Shown piece by piece: positions 42,784 to 52,193 of a DNA stretch of 64,000 nt (positions are counted from its first letter, which is position 1; each line of letters begins with the position of its first letter). Position numbers and translations under genes: made by a program. Source of the stretch: Sulfolobales archaeon (GTDB lineage: Archaea; Thermoproteota; Thermoprotei_A; Sulfolobales; AG1). A model generated the notes under the pieces. It made no database searches and was not told where the DNA came from. It saw only the letters and a list, made by a program, of their open reading frames with translations. The stretch lies in contig JAWBYA010000002.1 in assembly GCA_038867615.1 (NCBI GenBank), positions 32,001-96,000 of the forward strand, read 5' to 3'.

Positions 42784-43539
42784 GTGGCGGAATTAGTTGA
42801 GACTCTAGTGATCCTCGATAATATTTCCAAAGAATACGGATCCAGAGGAAAGAGTGTCAGAGTTATTGATAATATCAGCCTCGAGATAGGGAGCGAGTTC
42901 CTAGCAATACTCGGGCCCTCGGGGTGTGGAAAGTCAACCCTGCTTAGAATGATAGCAGGTGTTGAGAAGCCGAGCTCTGGAAGGATAGTATATAAGACCC
43001 ATGATAAGGGATCGCCTTCTGTAGGCTTTGTCTTCCAGTCCCCCAACCTTATACCATGGCTCACAGCCCTTGAGAACGTAGCACTACCCCTCAAGGCCAG
43101 AGGGATCCCGGCTAGAGAGGCTGAGGAGATTGCGAGAAGATACCTCTCCCTAGTAGGGCTCCAAGAGTTTGAGAACTTCTACCCAGACGAGCTAAGCGGT
43201 GGAATGAAGCAGAGAGTAAACATAGCCAGAGCACTTAGCGTGGAGCCCGAGATCCTCTTGATGGATGAACCCTTCTCACACCTAGACCCCCTCACCGCAG
43301 AGAGCCTAAGGGCAGAGTTGCTTGATATATGGCTATCAGGGTTATCGCCGGTAAAGGCGGTGGTCCTTGTAACCCACGATGTTATAGAAGCCGTATATAT
43401 GGCCGACAGGATCGTTATTCTCACACCAAGACCAGCCAGGATCTCCAAGATAGTGAGCGTGAATCTCCCAAGACCTAGAAACAGGCTATCGCCGGAGTTC
43501 GGGAAATTAGTAGATCTCGTGTACGAATACGTCAGCTAG
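42784..43539 (+). CDS. NitT/TauT-family ABC ATP-binding protein
   Basis: GPSGCGKST, LSGGMKQRV, LLMDEPFS.LD, VTHD..EA..MADR. Confidence 0.94.
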   Translation: MAELVETLVILDNISKEYGSRGKSVRVIDNISLEIGSEFLAILGPSGCGKSTLLRMIAGVEKPSSGRIVYKTHDKGSPSVGFVFQSPNLIPWLTALENVALPLKARGIPAREAEEIARRYLSLVGLQEFENFYPDELSGGMKQRVNIARALSVEPEILLMDEPFSHLDPLTAESLRAELLDIWLSGLSPVKAVVLVTHDVIEAVYMADRIVILTPRPARISKIVSVNLPRPRNRLSPEFGKLVDLVYEYVS

Positions 43540-43761
43540 CAACCAAGACCCATAGTAGGAGTAGAGCCAAGTATTGGTTACAGTAATTATTCGCGATACG
43601 TATTGAAAATACTTGGGCTTCCGATGGAAAAGATCCTAGGATCTGTGATGCCTAGAGTAACTTATATCGCGCTATACCTATCCAAATGAAACATATCTCC
43701 ATCCATGCTTGTAAGATCGCGTGGAGATCCTATCTAATCTCTACGGATAGAAAACACCTTA

Positions 43762-45042
43762 TTACTGAGAAGAAGCTTTAGGAGAGCCCGGCTGCCCAGA
43801 GATCCTTTTAGCCAGCTCTATGAGATCTGCGTCTCTGCTAACCATCCCAACGATCTGGACACCGACAGGGAGTCCTCTGATCTTTAAGGCTGGTATCGAT
43901 ATCGCGGGGGCGCCTGCGTATGATGCATAGAGCGTCTCATATGTTAGAACACCCCTCACAGGACCGTCCTCTCTTCCTAGGACATCATCTATCTTTGGTG
44001 CTGGTATCAGTGTTGTTGGTGTTGCAAGGGCGTCGTATCTTTTCAGGATCCTTCCTAGCTCTTGCCTCACCTCTTCCCTCGCAGAGAGGGCTTTGAGGTA
44101 ATCGATAGCGCTGTAGATCGTCTGCAACCCTCTCTCCACAAGCCTTCTCACGTCGGGGAAGTAGAGATCCCATTTATCCCTGTATCTTAGATGTATATGT
44201 GTAGCCTCGCTATACCTGATCACCATCACCTCCTTCCACACAGTGTTCACAGCTACCGGCATCTCAACCTCTGAATACTCATAGGCGATAGAGGCTATGT
44301 AGTCGAGGAACCTGTTCTCAACCTCTTCCACAATATCCTCATAACCCTTCTTTATATCGCTGGGCGCTCTGAACCATCTTGGCACAGCTATCCTGGGCTT
44401 TTCAACCCTCTTCCCACCCCTAGACCTAGATATTGCTGGAATCAGCGCTGAGGCAGCCCTCTCTATCCACGAGAGATCCTTTGCTATGAACCCGATCGTA
44501 TCGAGTGATGGTGAGAGTGGGAACACACCATCGTTATCGATCAAGCCGTATGTTGGTTTATAGCCATAGACACCGCAGAGAGAGGCAGGGATCCTCACGG
44601 ACCCTAGAGTGTCTGTTCCAAGAGCTACAGGGACTATGTCGGCGGCAACAGCAGCTGCAGAGCCACCGCTACTCCCACCAGCTATTCTCGAGAGATCATG
44701 GGGGTTTCTCGTAGGACCGAAGATCGAGGATGTTGTTGTCGGGCCCATGCCGAATTCATGGGTATTTGTTTTACCAATAACAACCCAGCCTCGTCTCTTA
44801 AGCCTCTTGATAACTTCTGCATCGCGTTTTGGTATATAGTCCTGAAATACTCTAGAACCCATAGTTGTTCTTATACCCTTTGTTTCTATTAGATCCTTTA
44901 CCGCTATGGGGTATGCACTATATCCCTTCTCAACAAGCCTTGAAGCCTCTTCAAGGGCTTTATCGTTATATGTTACTATAGAGTTGGTAGCCCTATTTAG
45001 GGACTGGGATCTTGGTGTAAACGCCTCCCTAACAAGATCCAT
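43762..45042 (-). CDS. Amidase signature family protein
   Basis: Lys-Ser-Ser triad motifs AVKD, GGSSGGS and GTDTLGSVRIPA. Confidence 0.92.
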   Translation of the reverse strand: MDLVREAFTPRSQSLNRATNSIVTYNDKALEEASRLVEKGYSAYPIAVKDLIETKGIRTTMGSRVFQDYIPKRDAEVIKRLKRRGWVVIGKTNTHEFGMGPTTTSSIFGPTRNPHDLSRIAGGSSGGSAAAVAADIVPVALGTDTLGSVRIPASLCGVYGYKPTYGLIDNDGVFPLSPSLDTIGFIAKDLSWIERAASALIPAISRSRGGKRVEKPRIAVPRWFRAPSDIKKGYEDIVEEVENRFLDYIASIAYEYSEVEMPVAVNTVWKEVMVIRYSEATHIHLRYRDKWDLYFPDVRRLVERGLQTIYSAIDYLKALSAREEVRQELGRILKRYDALATPTTLIPAPKIDDVLGREDGPVRGVLTYETLYASYAGAPAISIPALKIRGLPVGVQIVGMVSRDADLIELAKRISGQPGSPKASSQ

Positions 45043-45108
45043 AACAAGGCACCATATAGAGCATTATATGAGGGCTAATATCTAGCCTCTCGAACAGATC
45101 CGGTGGGA

Positions 45109-45942
45109 TCAGCGTGTCTCCTCAGGCCTCTGCCCAGAACCTTCTATGAGGTTTCTCAAGAGCCTCAATACCCTCTCCTCCCGCTCGTCTCCCAGGGTCT
45201 CCATAGCCTTCCAGAGGGTCTTGAAGGCCTCTCTCCTTCTCTCCAATCTCTCTCTAAGCTTGAGTAGCACGTGATCCTTTATACTCCCCATAACCACCTC
45301 TTTCTCAGAGGGATCGAGCCTCAGCAGGATCGAGTCACCTATGTTGGGGGAAATAGAGGGGTCAACCTCCGAGGCAGCCATGACTATGAAGGCGGAGAGG
45401 ACGCCGATGTTCCATGTGCTAGATTCTCCTGGAGAGTATCCTGTGAGCCTCAGTATAGCTTCTGCGATTGCGGAACCAGCATGTGATCCTAGGACTATAT
45501 AGCCCGGCGAGCTATGGCGCGGTACTGCTAAACCTCTCTCGTTAAAGAGGTAGAGCCTTGGAGAGCCGTCCTGAGTAATTGTTGCTAGTGATAGATATGT
45601 GTTGGGGATCACGCCGAGGTTTCTTAGACCGCTATACCTCTCCATAAGCCTCTCCTCAACCTGTGATACTATTCTTTTAACCTCACTATCGCCCGGGTTT
45701 CTCCAGCTCCTCGAACCAACAGTGTCGAACCATTCTACAAAAACATCATCCACTATCTGGAATGCGGAGGACAAGATAGACTCGTCGCCATAACCACTAA
45801 CAATAGCCAGGGGCTTCTCCTTACCGCCCTCGCTATATATTATTGGCTTGACATTCCTAGGCTCTGGGAAACCAGGATCTATCGATCTACCATCAACCGT
45901 TACTAGAACACCACTACCCCAAACGATCGATATTGAGAACAA
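45109..45942 (-). CDS. Divergent proteasome-subunit-like (Ntn fold) protein lacking the N-terminal Thr
   Basis: ISIV..SGVLVTVDGRS, ..K.., LYLF..G, Y..LGS and A..VDP pattern recalls proteasome beta/Anbu-like folds. Confidence 0.5.
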   Translation of the reverse strand: MFSISIVWGSGVLVTVDGRSIDPGFPEPRNVKPIIYSEGGKEKPLAIVSGYGDESILSSAFQIVDDVFVEWFDTVGSRSWRNPGDSEVKRIVSQVEERLMERYSGLRNLGVIPNTYLSLATITQDGSPRLYLFNERGLAVPRHSSPGYIVLGSHAGSAIAEAILRLTGYSPGESSTWNIGVLSAFIVMAASEVDPSISPNIGDSILLRLDPSEKEVVMGSIKDHVLLKLRERLERRREAFKTLWKAMETLGDEREERVLRLLRNLIEGSGQRPEETR

Positions 45943-46021
45943 AAACCCACCTCAGAATAAAAGCCCCAGCTCTGTAATAAGCATTAAGGCCGCTATACCA
46001 TGGCTAACAACGATCCTATAT

Positions 46022-49000
46022 CTATACAAGTTTTCTCCAAGCCCTTCTACCAAGTATGGATAGAAGGGGAGGCGCTACTAGATATGATGCTGCAGATGAT
46101 ATCAATAAAGCGCTTGCCAGCAGTGATAACCCTATCTGTCTCAGACCAATAGACGATGAGAGCATAAGGGATCCGAAGGCTGCCGCGACAACAAGAGCGA
46201 GCCCTATTACTAGTCTCCCCACAGCACCTGTCGCCATAGCTGTTCCCTCAGAGCCGCATTTACCTCTGTCTAGGCATACCTCTCTAGCTCTCGCCATATA
46301 GAAGCTATTATAATCCATACCCACCCCCAGCATGGCTGTGAATACAACCTGTGGCAGGAACCATATCATGGCTGTTGAGAAAACATTGTTAAAGATCACC
46401 CCGGTGAGGACCATGGAGACGAAGGATGAGAGAACCACTATAGCTACAGAGAGGATGGCTGCTAGAAGGCTTCCAAACACCACAGTGAAGATCACTATCA
46501 TAGACGCTACAGCGAATGGAAGCACCCTCTGCCAGAATAGGCTGTTGACAAGCCTATCAAGCTCCTCAGATGCCGCTGTAGAGCCCCCAACATAGATCTT
46601 ATACCCGTTCTCTTCTCCCCAGCTGCGGGAAACCTCTCTGATCTTTTTAAGAGTATCCACAGCTTCTTGGCTGAATGGGTTGTGGGAGAGCACGATCCTC
46701 AGATAGGATGTGTTGTCCGATATATATCTCAAGACGTATGGATCTCTCAACAGATCCTGACTTATGCTGAGAGGTTCTCCAAAGGGTCTTGTAGGTCCTT
46801 CCACGCTCTTCACACCATCTATCTTCTCTATGCTTCTCGACAGATCCTCTATCGATCTGAGATCCTCAAGCCCGATGCTTGTGTTCTTAACCATAACAAC
46901 ATAGGTTGGGAAGACAAAGCCATATCCTATATCAGAGGCCATAGCGTCTAGAGAGACTATAGAGGGGCTGTCGGAGGGGAGAAATAGTCTCAGATCGTGG
47001 GAAGCCTGTATAGATGGGTAAAGGGCTAGAGAGACTATCGAGATCACGATGAATATAGCTGGTACGAGAAGACCCAGCCTATTAATCCTCATGGCTAGAG
47101 AGCTAACAGCACCTCCAAACCCTCCAAACCCTTTGAAGCCCCATGAGAACCACTTAGAGCCACCGACAAGGGCAAGCACGGCTGGAACCAGCGTGAGAGA
47201 GGATGTGGCTGTTATTGCAACCACCAGTGGCATGAACACACCAAGGCTTCTGAATAGGGGGAACTCCCAGCCCAGTGCTAGCGAGCCAAAACCTGCTATG
47301 ACTGTTAGTGCACTCGCTATAATAGCCGGCCCTGCTCTCCTGAGCGCCTCCTCAGCAGCTTTCTTGGGATCCCGGAGTCTTGCATACTCCTCCCTGAATC
47401 TATAGACTAGATAGGCTGCATAGTCAGACCCTAGTCCGAGGGGTATAACATATATAAGGGTTCTTGTGAGGGATATCATTTCAGCAGCACCGCTTGCAGC
47501 AACAATATATGCTATCCCTCCACCAACTACGACACCGATCACTATACCGAGGTATGGTAGGATTACCGATGCCAGGCTTCCAAGAACAGCTATTAGGACT
47601 ATGAACACCAGGATCTCGCTCACCCTTGAGATCCTAGCCACATCCTCGGAAGCCGCTGTCTCGAGATCTCTAGCTATAGCTATACTTCCTGTCAGCATCA
47701 CAGAAGCGTTTGGAAAGATCTTCTTAATATCGCTGCTAACCCTTGAGAAGAAGAGCTTGCTGGATTCATATCTATCATCCCCCTGAGGCACATAGACCAC
47801 TATAAAGGAGTTGTTTCCAAGACCAACCAGCCTCCCCCTAACGGTTTCTAAAAGCTCGCCGAAAGATCTCCTGTATATGGTTTTTGAAACAAGTTCCGCT
47901 GCCTGTTCGAGCGTCTCATTACCTAGGGCAACGCTTAGAGAGCTCGACGCTATTATATCTGCTATGTAGGGATCTACACGGTATTTGCTTCCGAACTCCT
48001 CGACTATCGATGTTGATATTATCTGCACTATATAACTATAGACCCTGTTGAGAGAGTGGTTGGGATAACTATTAACCATATAGGAGACAAGCTCTAGAGC
48101 GATTCTAGAGGCATTATCACTTAGTCCGAGTCTTTTTGCCTCTGTAGATGTCATGTTGATCGATAGTGAGAGGAAATAATCCCGAGCAATAGCTTCAACC
48201 CTACCCGGTTCGCTGGCTATTCTTTCCATAATACTCCTGGGTAACGATCTGATCAGCTGGCCATAGCCCCTTTTCTCTCCAACAATCTGGACGAGCTCTA
48301 TGCTTGCGTTTACCAGCCTGTCTCGTTCTCTTAGGAGCCCTTGCCCTAGCGGATCGTATTTCTCTAGTATATATCTTAGATCGCTTGACGATATAGATCC
48401 GTTGCTTAGCCTCTCAGCAACCAGGGAGACATAGTCTCTAAGGGCTGATGCTATATCCTCTCTCGATGGGTTTTTCATTAACACATCAACTAGAGATGCT
48501 GCGAAGCTGGGGTCAATGTTGCCTATCCGGCTAACAAGGATCACTATAGCCTCTCTAGCCAGGCTCTGGTTACCATATATAGCCCCGCTGGCATCCGGAT
48601 CCAGGGTTACTAGGATCTCAACTAGGTATGGAGCATACATCGATATCATTGTATTGTTAGGGGCTTGTCTGAGAGCCTCATCAACCACTAGAGAGGCTAT
48701 TGATGTCTTGTTCACACTGCCTGATACTATCATCATGGAGAGCATTCTGGCTAGAGAGTCGCTAGCCCCTGTCTCTGCTATATATCTATAGATAATATCC
48801 TGGATATAGCTAGAACCTTTATCCCTGATCCCGTCAGAGATCTTTGGAGCTTTTGAGAGAAGTGTGTTGAGGAGAGCTATCTGTGACACTACATGTGATC
48901 CGTCATCATCGCTGGGCGGTTGAAGGGAACAGTAGAGACAGCCACCCTCTTCTCCATATACCTGGAGCCATGCTCTATAAAGGATCTCTCCGAGCACTTG

Positions 49001-49975
49001 GGCACTTCCATCATCAATACCAGGGATCAGTGTCCTCAGGTATTCTGGTAAAAGGATCTTCGATGTTATATTAGCTATTACGATATCCGCCTGTACCCCT
49101 TTCCTATAGGCTTCTCCAAATTCTCTGTATATTATAAGGGTTATGTTAAGTGGCAGAGGGGCTAGTCTGGGATCTATGCTGGTTAAGTTGGTATAGCTAG
49201 CATAGCTCTCCCCGGTTATATTGTAATAGTAAATAGACCTCGCGGCTTGCCACCATAGGAATAGATATAGCCTTGTAAGATCGCTCCTAGCTGTATCGTT
49301 ATATATGAGGGAGCTGGTGAGCTTTGAAACATCCTGTGAGTATCTATATGCCTGCTGATATATTTGCGAATACGACTGATCCAGCATCATGATCCCTTCG
49401 ATATATATTGGAAGCTCTCTTGAGAGGTTTACTGCTAGATCAACCCCCTCTGAGTAATTAGAATCAAGTGTAAGTAGCATCTCCTCGGAATATCTTAGCG
49501 AGATGGATAGGTTCTCGAAAATCATTATTACGTAGGATAGATTAGAACTAATATCGCTCGTGGTTTGTAGAAGCATTTTTGAGGCTATTAGCGAGCCGTT
49601 AATAGCTGTGTAGGAAGTGCTCCTTATACTGTTATACAGCTGTAATACCAGAGAGGGGTAGCCACCAATATCCCTCACCTCCTGGCTGCTCTGATTACTA
49701 ATACTGCCTATAACGCGCGCTATCTCAAGGCTTACGTCTGGATCGCTGATATCAATTCCAGTTACGTATAATATATCGGAACCACCCCCACCAGAGATCC
49801 TAGAGATCGTGGCACTAGCTATAGAGCTCTCAGAACTTTCTGGAAGAAGACTCTCTTCTGTAGCAAGGGTTATTGATTCTAGCGATCTGAATAGAGGGAA
49901 TGACACGCCGAGCGCTAGAACCCAGATGATCATTATACCAAAAGCTCTCCTAGCCAAAAAACCTGAAAGATTCAA
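46022..49975 (-). CDS. MMPL/RND family membrane transporter with a very large extracytoplasmic insert
   Basis: GLGSDYAAYLVYRFREE and GVGMDYNSFYMARARE TM motifs; about 700 aa between TM1 and TM2. Confidence 0.9.
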   Translation of the reverse strand: MNLSGFLARRAFGIMIIWVLALGVSFPLFRSLESITLATEESLLPESSESSIASATISRISGGGGSDILYVTGIDISDPDVSLEIARVIGSISNQSSQEVRDIGGYPSLVLQLYNSIRSTSYTAINGSLIASKMLLQTTSDISSNLSYVIMIFENLSISLRYSEEMLLTLDSNYSEGVDLAVNLSRELPIYIEGIMMLDQSYSQIYQQAYRYSQDVSKLTSSLIYNDTARSDLTRLYLFLWWQAARSIYYYNITGESYASYTNLTSIDPRLAPLPLNITLIIYREFGEAYRKGVQADIVIANITSKILLPEYLRTLIPGIDDGSAQVLGEILYRAWLQVYGEEGGCLYCSLQPPSDDDGSHVVSQIALLNTLLSKAPKISDGIRDKGSSYIQDIIYRYIAETGASDSLARMLSMMIVSGSVNKTSIASLVVDEALRQAPNNTMISMYAPYLVEILVTLDPDASGAIYGNQSLAREAIVILVSRIGNIDPSFAASLVDVLMKNPSREDIASALRDYVSLVAERLSNGSISSSDLRYILEKYDPLGQGLLRERDRLVNASIELVQIVGEKRGYGQLIRSLPRSIMERIASEPGRVEAIARDYFLSLSINMTSTEAKRLGLSDNASRIALELVSYMVNSYPNHSLNRVYSYIVQIISTSIVEEFGSKYRVDPYIADIIASSSLSVALGNETLEQAAELVSKTIYRRSFGELLETVRGRLVGLGNNSFIVVYVPQGDDRYESSKLFFSRVSSDIKKIFPNASVMLTGSIAIARDLETAASEDVARISRVSEILVFIVLIAVLGSLASVILPYLGIVIGVVVGGGIAYIVAASGAAEMISLTRTLIYVIPLGLGSDYAAYLVYRFREEYARLRDPKKAAEEALRRAGPAIIASALTVIAGFGSLALGWEFPLFRSLGVFMPLVVAITATSSLTLVPAVLALVGGSKWFSWGFKGFGGFGGAVSSLAMRINRLGLLVPAIFIVISIVSLALYPSIQASHDLRLFLPSDSPSIVSLDAMASDIGYGFVFPTYVVMVKNTSIGLEDLRSIEDLSRSIEKIDGVKSVEGPTRPFGEPLSISQDLLRDPYVLRYISDNTSYLRIVLSHNPFSQEAVDTLKKIREVSRSWGEENGYKIYVGGSTAASEELDRLVNSLFWQRVLPFAVASMIVIFTVVFGSLLAAILSVAIVVLSSFVSMVLTGVIFNNVFSTAMIWFLPQVVFTAMLGVGMDYNSFYMARAREVCLDRGKCGSEGTAMATGAVGRLVIGLALVVAAAFGSLMLSSSIGLRQIGLSLLASALLISSAASYLVAPPLLSILGRRAWRKLV

Positions 49976-50091
49976 CCAAGACCTCCATTTTATACAGGGG
50001 TACGCCCACCTATAAACATTTCCTCGCTAAAGAAAATACATAGCCCATAGCATGAAAAACAGCCAGAACACCAGTTGAAATACATTAGATA

Positions 50092-50150
50092 CCTCGGCGA
50101 TAAGGGCTCCGATGAAACAAGCCCTGAGGCTCATGATGCCAAGGGAAGAG
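50092..50150 (+). ncRNA. Candidate H/ACA-like K-loop hairpin sRNA
   Basis: Lower stem CCTCGGC/GCCAAGG, 5+5 nt internal loop, upper stem GGGCT/GGCTC, K-loop CGATGA..CTGA, AGA 14 nt after the loop top. Confidence 0.3.
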
Positions 50151-50224
50151 CAATCGGTATAAATCATATCAACTGCTATGAAGCACTAACCATTTGTTCC
50201 TGGGTGTTCATTCCACTCACTTTA

Positions 50225-50356
50225 TTCATGGCCTCATCCAGGGGTTTTCGCCTCTACCCTCAGGATCTCGGATCTCTAATCCTGCGGGGTCATGGGCGGC
50301 TGTCGAGCCAAACGGCCGCGGCTCCCATCTAGGGCTTGTGTGGGGAGACCCACACC
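50225..50356 (-). ncRNA. Structured ncRNA resembling the omega-RNA/sense-overlapping transcript of IS200/IS605 (tnpB) elements, without a tnpB gene
   Basis: GC-rich island with hairpin GTGTGGG/CCCACAC, H-type pseudoknot GAGCC:GGCTC and GCGGC:GCCGC, hairpin CAGGAT/ATCCTG, GATGA motif, and upstream TTTATA. Confidence 0.5.
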
Positions 50357-50378
50357 GAGGACATTATCTTTCAAGGAC

Positions 50379-50390
50379 TATAAATACCCC
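50379..50390 (-). promoter_or_regulatory. TATA box upstream of the structured ncRNA
   Basis: Minus-strand TTTATA (50384-50379), about 23 nt before the first hairpin. Confidence 0.45.
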
Positions 50391-50602
50391 TGGGTGGTGG
50401 GGGAAGTAGCTTTCGGGCAAATGCCCCAATAACCATGAAAATCTCCAAACCTATTAATCCTCCTCCTTATGTATATCAAAAAGAAAATATCCTCAACGAG
50501 AACATATTAAAGATGGAAAGCACATCAAAGCAGCCTGAGTGACTGATATAAGGCAACCTCGCTTATTACCTCTGCAGTGATATAAAGAAATAGGTGTCAT
50601 AG

Positions 50603-51016
50603 TTGTATGTTGTTAGAAGAGTTGGAGAACTTATAAAGAGAGAACCTGTTACTGTATCACCAAGCACTAGTATTAGAAATGCTGTGAAGCTTATGAATGA
50701 GAGGAACGTTGGCAGCGTGGTCATAACAGATCCTGAGGGAAGGGTTCTAGGGATCTTCACCGAGAGGGATCTTGTGAAAGTCGTAGCAGGAGACATAAGC
50801 CTTGATAGTGATATAGGGAGCGTTATGACTAAAAACCCCGTGGTAGTGTTTGAGGAAGATCCCGTCTCAAAGGCTGTAACCATAATGGCTGAGAGGAGAA
50901 TACGCCACCTGCCAGTGGTTACTAGAAGAGGTACGCTGAGAGGAGTTATAACTGCTAGAGATATAACAGAGACTTTCAAGAAATATTTAGACGAACTAGG
51001 CGATGTAGGGGATTAA
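50603..51016 (+). CDS. CBS domain pair protein
   Basis: GSVVI..GIFTERD and IRHLPVV..GVITARD. Confidence 0.92.
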   Translation: MYVVRRVGELIKREPVTVSPSTSIRNAVKLMNERNVGSVVITDPEGRVLGIFTERDLVKVVAGDISLDSDIGSVMTKNPVVVFEEDPVSKAVTIMAERRIRHLPVVTRRGTLRGVITARDITETFKKYLDELGDVGD

Positions 51017-51196
51017 GCTACAAACCCGTCTTTTCTTTTTATGTTTCACCAGATATTATAATAAACCCATATCCTGTGTTTATAACTATAGCTACTGATA
51101 AAGCTATCCCTCTGGTGTATATTCTTTTAAGATCCGTGTTGCTTGCTACTTCTATATACTGGTATAAAGCTGGGGATCATGTCTCTGGAGATGTTT

Positions 51197-52129
51197 TTAC
51201 CTCTTTGCATGATTCGCCAGGATAGATTCGATCTCACCGGCTATCCTCATTATCTCTTTCGATACTGGGGAGTCTGGGTATAGGTCTATAAATGATACGC
51301 CTCTATCATTGCTCTCAGCTATCCTGGGATCTAGGGGTATTTTGCCTAGGAGCCTTGTTCCCAGAGCATTGCTGAGCTTTAAACCGCCTGCCTTACCAAA
51401 TATATAGTATTCCTTACCATTCTCACACACGAAGTAGCTCATGTTCTCAATAACCCCTATGATTGGTATTTCCTTACCGAGGCTTGCTCTCACAAGCTCT
51501 ACGAACTTTATCGATTTTGCTACGACGTGGGAGCTTACCTCTGAGGGTATCGTTACAAATATAAGCCCATCTATTCTTGGGAACATCTGCACAAGGTTTA
51601 GAGCATCATCCCCGGTCCCTGGAGGCATGTCTATAAACAGGTAGTCAAGCTCTCCCCACTCGACATCCTCCAAAAGCTGCTGGATAACCCTAACCTTTAT
51701 CGCGCCTCTCCAGATAACTGGGGTTGATTTATCGCTCAGCATAAGGTCTATTGAGACAACCTTGATGCCCATATACCCCTCTGCAGGCATGATCCTGGCG
51801 ACGCCTGGCTTTACCTCAACAGCCTCCAAAAGATCCTGCTTAACCCCCAGCATTATAGGCATAGAGGGGCCGTGGAAATCCATGTCAAATACTCCTACTT
51901 TTCTACCAATCTTCCTCATAGCCATTGAGAGGGATGCTGTTACAAAGGACTTGCCAACACCTCCCTTACCGCTGAGCACAGCTACTATGTTCTTAACACC
52001 CTTGAGATTCTCGGCAACCTTCTGCCCAGGCTGGGGTGGGGGTGCTGGTGGTGCTGCGGGGCCTCTCTGCTGAATCCTAACCCCTCCTCTCTTCTCCTGA
52101 GGACTCTCGATCCTGAATGGGTTTGACAA
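51197..52129 (-). CDS. Mrp/ApbC/NBP35 Fe-S cluster carrier ATPase
   Basis: SGKGGVGKS, D.D.HGPS, WGELDYL.IDMPPGTGD and GVIENMS motifs. Confidence 0.93.
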   Translation of the reverse strand: MSNPFRIESPQEKRGGVRIQQRGPAAPPAPPPQPGQKVAENLKGVKNIVAVLSGKGGVGKSFVTASLSMAMRKIGRKVGVFDMDFHGPSMPIMLGVKQDLLEAVEVKPGVARIMPAEGYMGIKVVSIDLMLSDKSTPVIWRGAIKVRVIQQLLEDVEWGELDYLFIDMPPGTGDDALNLVQMFPRIDGLIFVTIPSEVSSHVVAKSIKFVELVRASLGKEIPIIGVIENMSYFVCENGKEYYIFGKAGGLKLSNALGTRLLGKIPLDPRIAESNDRGVSFIDLYPDSPVSKEIMRIAGEIESILANHAKR

Positions 52130-52193
52130 GAGGGCTACCTAGTTTTACTACCGCTAGGGAGCCTATATTACCGTTTTAAAAGATCTAGAAGAT

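Noticed and set aside
50075-50409. Two short plus-strand ORFs between the MMPL and CBS genes
   Set aside because: No protein features; better explained by the structured RNA elements.
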